This document shows positions 1-64,000 of a DNA stretch of 64,000 nt, one piece after another. The DNA is taken from assembly GCF_009914755.1 (NCBI RefSeq), contig NC_060946.1. One strand, written 5' to 3'. The DNA comes from the human T2T-CHM13v2.0 reference genome, Homo sapiens. Under the pieces are notes generated by a model. That model had not been told where the DNA came from. It did not search any database and saw only the letters and a program-made list of their open reading frames with translations. The position numbers and the translations under genes are program-made. Within the stretch, counting starts at the first letter, position 1, and every line of letters starts with the position of its first letter.

Positions 1-438
1 TTCATACAACTTGGCCCCTAAATGCAAACCATTTTTATCCCATCTGCTGCTTAAGCAAAGGAAACAGTGATGTGTTCCAACTCTGGAGGCAAAGCTGGCT
101 GTTCGACTCCCCCAGATGGTCCTGTACTGTACTTTCTGGGCGAGTGGAGGCATTTCAAGAGTGACTTTGACTAGCCTTGACTTTTTACCAGACTGGGTAA
201 GTTTGGAGCCTGCCCCTGGCTGAGATGTCGTGGTGCTGTGCTGAGTGTTCAGCTGTGCCACCACGCTCAGTGGGTGCCAGTGACCCCGGGCACAACAGAC
301 AGACCCCCACCCTGGAGGAGCTGCAGCCTGCTCAGGGAGCCAGGGCAGGAGTGAAGGAAGCCGAGTGGCTGTGGGAAATCAGAAAGGGGTTGGGGAGTAA
401 TGTCAGGATGAAGTCCAGCTTCTTCATGTGGCTTCTAA

Positions 439-941
<503 letters not shown>

Positions 942-1334
942 TGAGCTGTCAGGGCAGCACCATATGGTTCCTTTCTTTTCCTTTCCTTCACCTCCTCTAC
1001 CCTGGTGGCAGGGAAGCTGCTGGTGTAGCCACACGCGGGTGCTGTGTTCTGTGATCGTACTGTTGCGCCATTGTTCGGATTGGCTCTGTGCAGTAGGAGT
1101 CACTCTCCCCATTTGATGGAGGTTCAGTGAGGTTCATGGCTTGCCCTCAGCACTTGGCTTAAAACTGGAAGCGTCCCCGGGCCCGTGTGAAGCGGGAGCC
1201 AGCTCCTGTCCCACTGCATTAGGTGGTCTGCCTTTAGGTGATGGCTACAGGTCTCAAATCTTCAGCCAGGTTGGGACCTCCTGGGACTCCAGGATCTCCA
1301 CCTGCTTCAGGACCCCTTTCTCATCTCTTGGCAG

Positions 1335-24457
<23,123 letters not shown>

Positions 24458-25611
24458 CAGCACGAGAAGCCAGTTGGGGACTGCCCCCTCCTGGAGCAGC
24501 TCCTGGGCTGTGCTCTGTTTGAAGGGGGCGCCCTGCTCCCCTCAGATCAGTCAGGAGGAAGATGACTAAGGGGAGGGATCCTCTGGGTGATGGCCTCTTC
24601 CTCCTCAGGGACCTCTGACTGCTCTGGGCCAAAGAATCTCTTGTTTCTTCTCCGAGCCCCAGGCAGCGGTGATTCAGCCCTGCCCAACCTGATTCTGATG
24701 ACTGCGGATGCTGTGACGGACCCAAGGGGCAAATAGGGTCCCAGGGTCCAGGGAGGGGCGCCTGCTGAGCACTTCCGCCCCTCACCCTGCCCAGCCCCTG
24801 CCATGAGCTCTGGGCTGGGTCTCCGCCTCCAGGGTTCTGCTCTTCCAGGCAGGCCAGCAAGTGGCGCTGGGCCACACTGGCTTCTTCCTGCCCCATCCCT
24901 GGCTCTGAGTCTCTGTCTTCCTGTCCTGTGCAGGCGCCCTTGGATCTCAGTTTCCCTCACTCAGGAACTCTGTTTCTGAAGTCTTCAGTTAAGTTTGAGT
25001 TTATGACTGAGTGGCCTGTACTGTCAGACGTGAATGGGCCTGACGGGCAAATCCATCCCTCTCTCCCTCACAGTTCCAGGAGCGGCTTCCCTCGTCTCCC
25101 CTTACTCCACAGGGAGCCTCCCTTGCCAGGACCAGGGCTGCGACGGCCATGCTGGGGCAGGTGAGTGCTCTGTTAGCTGCTCCCAGTGCTGTCCCCAGGC
25201 TGCAGTTCTGGTCCCTGGTTGTCAGGTAGGAAGGGTGCACTTGAAGCAGGTGCTCATCTCGGTTCCTTAACGTTTATAGTCTGACCCCTCACTTAGGCTT
25301 TCCTCTGCCACCCCGGTCCAGGGAAGAGGCTCGCTCCCGCCCATGGTCATCACTGGTCTGTCTGCTCTGTTGTCTGTTCTTTCCCTGACTCCCTCCCACC
25401 GAAGGCCTGATGGCTACTCACCCCTCTGGGATGGCTATGGGAGAGGAGGAGTGATGGGGACCGCCACCTTTTCTGCAGGAAATGTGCCCAGCAGCTCTTG
25501 GTCAAAGCACTGTTGCTATAAGCTATCTCTGGGATGCCTCTAGGCCCCCTTCCCTCTACACACCTCTGGGAAAAGATTACACTGTATTAACTCTCGAGGA
25601 GTTTCCTCACC

Positions 25612-25617
25612 AATAAA
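25612..25617 (+). terminator. Candidate MICALL1 poly(A) signal AATAAA
   Basis: First canonical hexamer I found after the stop (~1.15 kb 3'UTR); longer UTR isoforms possible. Confidence 0.65.
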
Positions 25618-26128
25618 CAGACAACCTCAACTGCCAGTGCCCTGCAGCCTCGGGCCACAGCGGCAGCCTTGTTTGCCTTCCCACCTGCCTCTGCCACACC
25701 TGGTGGCTGAACATCTCTGGTCGCCCAGAGGCCATGTTGGGGCCATCCTCCAAGAGGGATCTCTGCCCTCACCGCCTGCCACTGGGCAGGATCCCTTTCC
25801 TCTGCAGGGAGAGGTGGCTCCTCGGCCATGCAGCCCCTGGCAGGCTCCTTCTAAACATGCCTGTTGACCTGGAGCTGGCGCCACCAACTCCAGGGCCTTT
25901 CCAGGGCCAGACAGGTAACACGCATGAACCCGAGTGACAGCTCTGACGGGCTGTTTCGGTGTCAGGAGACAAAGCTGGCAGGGGCAGGGGTGAACTGGAG
26001 GCAAGTCAAGTCACCTGTGGCCTGTGGGGCTGAATGTGGGCCCGGTGTTGCCAGATCCTTTGTCATAAGAAGCTAGAAATCCAGATTTTATGTGTGTGTA
26101 ATTTGTAAATGCTGAAAGCTAGCCTGAA

Positions 26129-26427
26129 TTTTTTTTTTTTTTTTTTGAGACAGAGTCTCGCTCTGTCGCCCAGGCTGGAGTGCAGTGGCGCGATCTCAGC
26201 TCACTGCAAGCTCCGCCTCCTGGGTTCACGCCATCCTCCTGCCTCGGCCTCCTGAGCAGCTGGGACTACAGGCGCATGCTACGACGCCTGGCTAATTTTT
26301 TGTATTTTTAGTAGAGACGGGGTTTCACCGTGTTAACCAGGATGGTCTCGATCTCCTGACCTTGTGATCCACCCACCTTGGCCTCCCAAAGTGCTGGGAT
26401 TACAGGCGTGAGCCACCACGCCCGGCC
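26129..26427 (-). mobile_element. AluY-like between the MICALL1 and C22orf23 3' ends
   Basis: TSD CTAGCCTGAATTT at 26119 and 26429. Confidence 0.92.
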
Positions 26428-26673
26428 ACTAGCCTGAATTTCAATCAAGGGTTGGCTGATACTGTGTGTCCAGGGTGGACTGGATTTGTCCTGGGGGGTT
26501 CTCTGGTTTGCTGCCTCCTGACCACATGATGGGGCCTTCGAGGTCGAGGACAACTGTTCCCATTAGATTGCACCCTCTGCCCTCAGGTTCTTGAGGGTGT
26601 GTGGACACAGAGGCTTTCCATGGGATGTCCCTGAGCCGGCCCTTGATTGGGGCCTCACCATTTACAGGGCCGT

Positions 26674-27380
26674 TTTATTCTGCAAACCGAAACTTGGGTC
26701 ATGTGACCTGATGGGATTATGGGACTCCCTCCAGGTGCCCGAGACAAGGTTGATATTTCCAAAATATTTTGGTGATTTAGTGGGACAAGCAAATGACAGA
26801 ATACCGGAGAAGGCAGGGATCGTGGGTGTCAGGAGCCAGAGGGGAGGGGGACAGATGTGCTGTGTACAGGACAAGGTGTCAGGTGACTCCTTCCCAGCAG
26901 GGCCTCGCAGATGCACAAGCACGGAGCTGGTGGGTTTTGCCCAAGAAAGGTCACGCGGCACATGCAGGGATTGGAACTCCCAGGCCAGGGCTCTAGGTCG
27001 CTCCCACCTTTTCATGTTTCTTTCTGTGGCCATGGGTATAGTGGAAAGACATAAAGCTAAAGCCAACTTTTAATCCTGAATGCACTGCTTGCCAGGTAAA
27101 TGCCCTTGGTTGTGGTATCTTGTTGAGACTTAGTTTTCACAGAGGGATAATGAACCGTTGCAGAGGTTTATTGAGATCATTAACAGAGTGGAATTCAGCA
27201 CCCGCCACAGCAGCCAGCCATGGGGTGCCCAAGAGGTTGGTTCCCGTTGCCACTTGAAATATGCAAACAGGTAGCTAGAAACCATCTGGGCTTGACAAAG
27301 TCTAATGCCTTGAACAAATAAGCTTATCCCTCTGAAAACAAAATGGTGCTTGTAATGACCCACGTTAAATATGTTTTATT
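26674..27380 (-). terminator. Three candidate C22orf23 poly(A) signals
   Basis: TTTATT on + (AATAAA on -) at 27375-27380, 27167-27172 and 26674-26679. Confidence 0.6.
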
Positions 27381-27801
27381 GGCCAGTTAATCATTGTGGT
27401 TGAATACTTGCCTAAGGCGGTAAGAAATCAAATAAGTAAATCCTAAAACAGGAAGAAAGGAATCATATTCATTCCTGAATTCAGAAAACTAAATGAACAG
27501 GCCACAGGTCAGAAGTGGTGGGAAGCAGGCCCAGTGGATACCTTTAGACACATGTCCTAGTAGGGATGCTCGGGCTTTGCTTCTCTGCGGACGGGGCTGT
27601 GAGTCTCAGAGGCTCCATCTGCATTCCGGGGCAGGGGCTAGGCTGCTGAGTATGCCTTGGGGTACTGCAGGGCAGTGCTATGCCACCACCTGACGTGGCA
27701 GAAGGCTGGTAGGATGGGCTGGCCTGAGGATGGCCCTGCCTGGCAGAGGAGTGGACTCCAGTGGTCGAGCTTGGGCTACCCTGCCCGTCTCTGGAGACAG
27801 A

Positions 27802-36885
<9,084 letters not shown>

Positions 36886-37394
36886 TTAATATTGCGACAG
36901 TGCCCAAACCTCCCATCCAGACACACAGATACACACACACAGTCCTCATTCTGACCCAGCGCCTGTGGCAGGGAAGTCTCCTCGGGAGGGAGTGTTAACA
37001 CAGCCATGGTCACAACAGTACCCACTGAGTGATATGCCAAAATTGAAATTTCACCCTAAGACCCTCTCTGGGTGCTCCCCTCTCCACATAGAAGTGGGCT
37101 CCCGGAGGCGGTGACCACTGCTTTACAGCCGCATCCGCACCGGTGCCACGCAGAAATACTGCGCGATCTGGGCTGCTGGAGCTGGCAGCTAGCGCCTCTC
37201 GCTACTATAGAAACGCGCACACACCAGTCAGCGCATGCGCACTTTCCCCGCTCTGTCCTGCCTCCCGGAAGTGATTTCCTCTGGGTTACGGCGCAGGCGC
37301 AAGATAAGCTAGGAGCCGCGCGAGTCGTAGTGTCGCTGTTTGCGGGTCTCCGCGCGGGACCGGGGCGCAGCGGGGTCGCTGAGGCGAGGGTGTC

Positions 37395-51333
<13,939 letters not shown>

Positions 51334-51397
51334 GCTGGAGTCATCTTCCTGCCCTTGCCCCATGCCCAATTTTCATTCTCACTTTATATGTGTAAAT

Positions 51398-51403
51398 AAT
51401 AAA
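51398..51403 (+). terminator. POLR2F proximal poly(A) signal
   Basis: AATAAA 65 nt after the stop, preceded by a TGTA (CFIm) element. Confidence 0.85.
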
Positions 51404-52909
51404 ATATTCAACTTTCCAACCCCCTTCCCCTCTGCTTATCTGCAATGTCACCACCTGTTGCTTCCCCGTTACCGCCATGCTGCGTGGAGCATGCACCTAT
51501 TCCAGTGGCCCTGTGACTGTCAGCTCCTTAAGAAGCACCAGGGGCCCTTAGCCCCTTTGGATCCCCCACATCCTTCCCTCCATCTCCCTGTTCCCCAGAG
51601 CAAAGGCTGCTGCAGGGGAGACACCTCAGCTGCCTTCCAAGCAGACAGACAAGTCTTTGTGCCCAGGGAGCTGGTTGCCACGGAAACCCCCAATTTCCTT
51701 TCCAGTGGGGACTGGCTGCAGGGGCTTCTCCCTTCTCAGGAGTATCACAGAGCAGGTCTCATCAAGCCACCCATTGTTTCCTAAGGACCTGCTTCGAGCC
51801 TCTTATCGTGGGCTCGGATCCCCTTTCAGGAGCAGTGCCCCAGCAGGAAGCGTGGGGGTGTGCTGATCTCCCACCCTCCCCAGGCAGAGCCCTGCTGGGC
51901 AAGTCAGCAGCTGGAGCAAGGACCGAGCACCTGCCTACCCCTGCCCCCATGGCTCTGTCCCCACTCCTCCTCAGGACTCTGCCCACACGCTGTCCTCTGT
52001 GGCCCACCTCTTTGGTGTGCCACACCCATGCCTTCTTCCTAGCCTCTATAAGATATCCTTTCCCTCCTATTTGGGGCTGGTGATCCCCTGAGGCCTTGGG
52101 GACATGGTGCTGGGGTGGTGGTGCTCCTGGGTTCCAGGTGTTACATTAAGTCAGAGCTGGAGCTCCCCCTTCCTCTGCCTGAGGTTCTAATGGGTCCTCT
52201 TCCTTTCTCCACCCTGCTTACCCAACCTGAGGTAAGACCAGTCACACTGGCTCCTCCCTCCTAGAGGGGGTCAGGGGGAGGGTGTATATTGACATGAACA
52301 GGGATAGAGGGTAAACTGGCTCCCTGAATATGCCAGCCTTAACCTCCATTCCACTGCCAGCTCCCCTTCAAAGAGGAGGAGCTGGGCTTCCCTAACCTCT
52401 GCAGGAGGCAGGGCCTCCAGGCCTAGGTGCAGCCTGGCCCTGGGATGGGATGTGGGGAGTGAATGGTGAGGATCTGCATTGGTGGGAGGGGTGTCCGCTG
52501 CCCTGGAGAAGGGTTAATTCAGGGAGCAGTGGACTTCACACCCCCATCCACCCTCCTCCAAGCCTGTGGAATCCTTTAATCAAGTTGGGTGCTGAAATTT
52601 CAGCTCTGAAATGCCGCCTTTGTGCTGGCATCCAGGCAGCCGCCCCAGAGTGCGGGGGTCACTTTCTCGGCCCCATTTCTCTAAATGGTCTCTTTGTTCC
52701 CTGCTGGGCTGCTCAGTATCAGATGTGATTAAAGGGAGATGGGGTTTGGGCTGGGGAGGAGGGGAATTGGGGGTTAACCCTTAGGGGATAGAGTGCAAGG
52801 GAAATGGGACAGAAGGGGTGTTTTTCCTCCTGTCTTCCTCTTCCCATTCTCCTCTTTTGGGGAGTCCCCTGCTATTCAGCTGTCTGGGCCTGGCTTTTGA
52901 CTTCTCTTG

Positions 52910-52915
52910 AATAAA
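52910..52915 (+). terminator. POLR2F distal poly(A) signal (long 3'UTR)
   Basis: AATAAA followed by a GT/T-rich downstream element (ttggttctgttttct). Confidence 0.65.
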
Positions 52916-53479
52916 ATGTCCCGGTCACCACTATTGGTTCTGTTTTCTTAGGGTTTGGGCATAGTCTCTTGAGTCATTTCCAGAAACACCTGACCCTTTT
53001 TTAACAAGTGGAGCTCCTGCCTTCCTGAGGCCTGTGCACACTTGGAACCTTTGGTCTAAGGGATGCACACAACCCAGGTCTTCTGACTTCCTTGGGGTCA
53101 TTTCCCCTCCTTCCACATCCTCAGTGATTTCCCACTCACTCTCATGAGATGTGGGGTCTTGGAGGTGATAGTGTCATCTTCCGGATGTGCCCCCTGCTCC
53201 CCACTGTGCCAGCTCCATATCCCTCATCCCACGGCGAGCAGGAGTAGTGAACAGACCACAAATGGACAAAAGTCCTGCCTTTCAATGAAGGGGAAAGGGT
53301 GGGTTGTAAAGATTATAAACACATAAGGTTAGTACTGATTGATCCATGACAAAATTCTAGAATAGGTCCCTCCATGTTTAAAAGTGCTTATATAATAAAG
53401 AGGAGATCGGGCACTAGCATAGGGTGTCTAAGAACCAATATTGCCAAATAAGTTTTTTTTTCGATGGTTACTGGTCCAG

Positions 53480-54600
<1,121 letters not shown>

Positions 54601-55644
54601 CTTGAAGAGCTTCCATGATGCAGGTCCTAGATGGAGGGATTTTGGCCACCCTGGGGACTGGGCTACTTCTTGGTGCCCTGCCTCTCCCCTGGTCCTGACT
54701 AGGGGCTGGAGACCGCAGATGGAAGGAAGGGAGCTGAGGATGCCCAGTCTGGAGCAGTGGAAGATGCATTGCTCCAGATACAAAGCAGAAGCAGGGGCTG
54801 CAAACCACAGGCAGGTGGAGGGGATGATGGTTAAAAATGCAAGCCTTGGAGTCAGAGCTGGGTTCAGATTCTGGCACCAGCACTTCTTAGCATCAGCCTC
54901 GCAAACTTCAGTTTCCCCATCTGGAAAATTGAGATAACGATCGGACCTACCCCTTCACTGGCCTGAATGACATAAAACCCTTGGTGGAGCACTTAGTAAA
55001 TGGCAGCTGGATATAAGCTGTTATGAGCTGGGTATGAGGAAGAACTTCCAACCATCGGAGTTGTTCATCAGTGGAGCAAGATGGCAAAGAGTCTTTGGAG
55101 TTGTGTGCTTGTGAGGTGGAGTGGTCCTGGCCTCTGGGTGCAGTTTGGACTTCTGCTGAGGAAAGAGCTCTTAGGGAGTAGGCGCTTAAGGAGTAGACTG
55201 TCTGACATCCTTGGTCTGGACTTGGACATGGGCACCTGCTGTGAAGGCTTGGCTAGATCCTGGCGTGGGCTGCTGTGTGTGTGCTGGGGGAGGTGGCAAG
55301 TGGGGGGATGCAGCAACACAGGGCCTATCCACACATCCTGAAGGACAGGCCTCTGACTGCAGGCAGCACGGTGTCACCCTCAGCCCACCTCCTCCTCTTC
55401 AGATACCTGTCTCTTGAATTCTTTGCAAACTCCCGTCTGCTGAGTGCTGGGTGAGCAGAGGGGCTGCTTGCAAGGCAGTGAGTTCTAGCTGAGCCAGTTA
55501 AGAGTGAGTGGCCCCCCTGCAGTGTGGGGCATAGCCGCCGGGCTGGGGAGAAGTTCCCATCTGAGGCTTCAGTCCCTGAGCTCAGATGGACCCCACTGGG
55601 ATGCCAGCTGTCCTAACACTCTCCATTGTTCCCACTTTCTTAGC

Positions 55645-55816
55645 AGGGAGAGAGACAGAAAGAGAGAGAGGAGAGTGGGAGGGGGGAGAGAGAGAGAAAG
55701 GAGAGGGGGAGGGGGGAGAGAGAGAGAGAAAGAGAGGAGAGAAGGGAGGGGGGAGAGAGAGAGGAGGGGGGAGGGGAAGGGGGTGGGGAAAGAGGGAGGG
55801 AGGTGGGAGAGAGAGA
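55645..55816. repeat. ~170-bp polypurine (GA/G-rich) low-complexity tract
   Basis: Almost exclusively G/A on the + strand. Confidence 0.95.
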
Positions 55817-55944
55817 CCTTTGATGATCTATCCTTTGCATTCTACTCCTAGCTACTTCCAGAAAGCATTTGAGGAAGCACCAGTACAGGGATAAGAGATG
55901 AAGAGACAGGCCAGGTCAGGCTCACCAAGCAGGTAACCGGAACC

Positions 55945-55956
55945 TTTAATTTTATT
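55945..55956 (-). terminator. SOX10 poly(A) signal
   Basis: Tandem AATAAA-ATTAAA on - strand ~1.16 kb after the stop; another AATAAA at 56103-56108. Confidence 0.8.
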
Positions 55957-57116
55957 ATGTGGAATGCTTAATGCAGAGTTAATAGGGGCTAGAGTGGCTA
56001 GGAGAGGGGACTACTGAGATAAATAACAGGAGACAGTAATGAGTTACATGTGGATTTGGGGGGCTGCAGAACAGGAAAATAGGGGCAGATATAGCTACAT
56101 ACTTTATTCAAATACCACTGGGAGGCAAGGGGTAAGAGGCAAGGGCAGAATGTACAGGTCAGGATTCTAGTGTCTTCAGCCTGCCGACAGCAACCTGGGT
56201 GCTGGGCCCTGTGTCTCCTGGAGCCAAGGGTTAGGGCCTGAGCAGCTGTCACTCTCTGGGAAGCCCAGGGAGTGGGGCTGACTGAGCAGGGGCCATAGAG
56301 CCTAGTAAGGGAAGAGGGAGCTGGCAAGGAGCCCAGGGAGGGAGGCTCTGTGAATTGTCTCTGATTCCTTTCCTGGAGCCCCTGCCTCGTCACCTCCTGG
56401 GATGCGTCTCAAGGTCATGGAGGTTGTAGTGGAGGAGGACTGGGGGCTGTTTCTCAGACAAAGAATGAGGTTATTGGCACAGAATTGGATCAGGGGGCCT
56501 CTGTGCCAACTCCTTCCTGCCTTCAGAAAGGGAGGGGGCATTGAAGGGATGAGAACTCCACTAAGTCCCTCGAACCCCCCACTCCCCAATGAGGCTCCTC
56601 AAAGCTACTCTCAGCCCCTGAGTGGGAGACACGGCCAGCTCTGGGCACAGTCTCTGGGTGGCCTAGCCCTTAGGCACTGTGGCATAGGTGGCATGGGCAT
56701 GTCAGACCCTCACTATCTGTGAGAGAGAAAACAGGAGTCATAGGAGTGGTAAGGCCTCCGATGCCACCAACCCTGGTGCTTCCCCTCCCCGAGGAGGGTG
56801 AGCAGGCCCTTCTCAGGTCCTGGGATAGAGGGTCATTCCTGGGGGAAGGTGCAGCCCCTCATCTTTCAGTGTGGGTGCAACAGTCAACCTCCTTCTCCTC
56901 TGTCCAGCCTGTTCTCCTGGGGCTTTGCTGCTGGAGCCTGGATGGGGCGGGTGGGTCATCAGGGCAGTGAGCCAGACAGAAAGCCCCCCGACCTGTCAGC
57001 CTCTTCAGCCTCCTCAGCCTCCTCCACTGCCACCACCAGGCCTGAGGTGGGCAAGGAACAGGGCACACAGGCTGGGGGCAGGGGCTGGGCGGGGGGTGGT
57101 GGCGACAGGGCCCCCT

Positions 57117-57866
<750 letters not shown>

Positions 57867-57969
57867 TTAGAGGCAGGTGGGCGCACGTGAACTTCCATGG
57901 TTCACCTTCAGGCAGCGGGTGCCTCTGGGAAAACCTTGTAAGTTTCACATTTTGGCAGCATGAGTCGGG

Positions 57970-63035
<5,066 letters not shown>

Positions 63036-64000
63036 TAATGCTGCTTGCGGGGGTGGTTGGACAGGAGGATCTAGGGTTGGACTCTTAACTCTGGGTCCTG
63101 ATTGTGTGAATTCCAGTGTGGTGGGACTGAGGGGGCAGATGTGGCTCCTCTTTACCATGGGTCTGGGTGGGGGGTACTGCCTCCTGTGGGGGATCCTATA
63201 TCCTTGTCCAGAAAATAGCAGAGAGTAGAGGAAGCTAGCCTCTCCTCAGACCCTGGAACAGTCCCTGAAACCAACACATGGAGAGAAGAAGCCCTGAAGC
63301 CAGCGCCCTTGCCACCGACTCCAGCCTTAGGCCAGGGTTGGAGGGTGGAGGGCATTTAGGGTTTGGCTGCCCCAGGGTGAGGAGGGCAGGATGGGGTACC
63401 TTACAGAGGGGGTCGAGGGGAAAGTCCAGATTCTAGAATCCCAGACCTTGGTACTGAGAATCCATGAGTCTTTGTGGGAGCAGCCTTGTCTGTCAGTCCA
63501 GAGGGCTTGTCTCTTCAGCTGCCCCACCCCTCACACCCCAGTGAGTGCCCTCTTCCCCCAGTCAGCAGAAGGCCGAGCCCTCCCTCCCCAGGCTGGGCGG
63601 GGGTGGTCATGCCAGGCACCTCCTAGCCGGCAGCAGCATTCCTCTGCGGCTTAGCCTCCCTGTCTACTCCCCCCACCCCGGCCCTGAGCCCAGCCCTAGC
63701 CCCAGCTTTCTCAGAGGGTCCCTCCAGCCGAGACTCTGTCAGAGTCAGTGTACACACTTAGGACAAAGATGCCGGAGCAGGGCCTTGAGAGTCAGGGAGT
63801 GGGATGTGGGCACCCTCTCTGACGGCTGGGACCAGGGGAGGGGGTGGAGCAGGCCTTGAGGGTGTGACTGGGGAGAACCCACAGAGGAGAGAGCTGCTCC
63901 GCCAGCAGTGGACCCCAACAGAGGGGCTTCTGGGATGGCTGGGGACATGGGACACAGAGCTCACTCTTTCACCTATCCTTCCCTTGCCCCCTGCCCAGCT

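Overview
Human genomic DNA from the 22q13.1 gene cluster, recognised from the spliced protein sequences. Four genes alternate in orientation. MICALL1 (+): last 13 coding exons, 1335-24457, with the 5' exons upstream of the window. C22orf23/EVG1 (-): complete 217-aa CDS in 6 exons, 36756-27802. POLR2F/RPB6 (+): complete 127-aa CDS in 5 exons, 37395-51333, head-to-head with C22orf23 on a CpG-rich bidirectional promoter. SOX10 (-): last two coding exons plus 3'UTR. All exon boundaries were placed by hand on GT/AG sites and phases close exactly. The mirtron-type MIR6820 hairpin ends at the last POLR2F acceptor. Introns are packed with Alus, plus MIR, L2, L1, a CR1/L3 fossil and the hAT transposons MER1B, MER3 and MER5; repeat coordinates and subfamilies are by eye and approximate. 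Almost all other ORFs in the track are Alu-derived or GC-rich noise. This is a well-studied locus and I see no evidence for a new multi-gene system. The best unexplained signals are: a non-Alu ~100-bp inverted repeat in MICALL1 intron 9; a symmetric SOX/homeobox motif cassette in the long POLR2F 3'UTR; three cases of two Alus sharing a triplicated target site; and a polypurine tract behind the SOX10 poly(A) site. The cryptic in-frame W/R-rich extension after the SOX10 stop is also visible but is already known.
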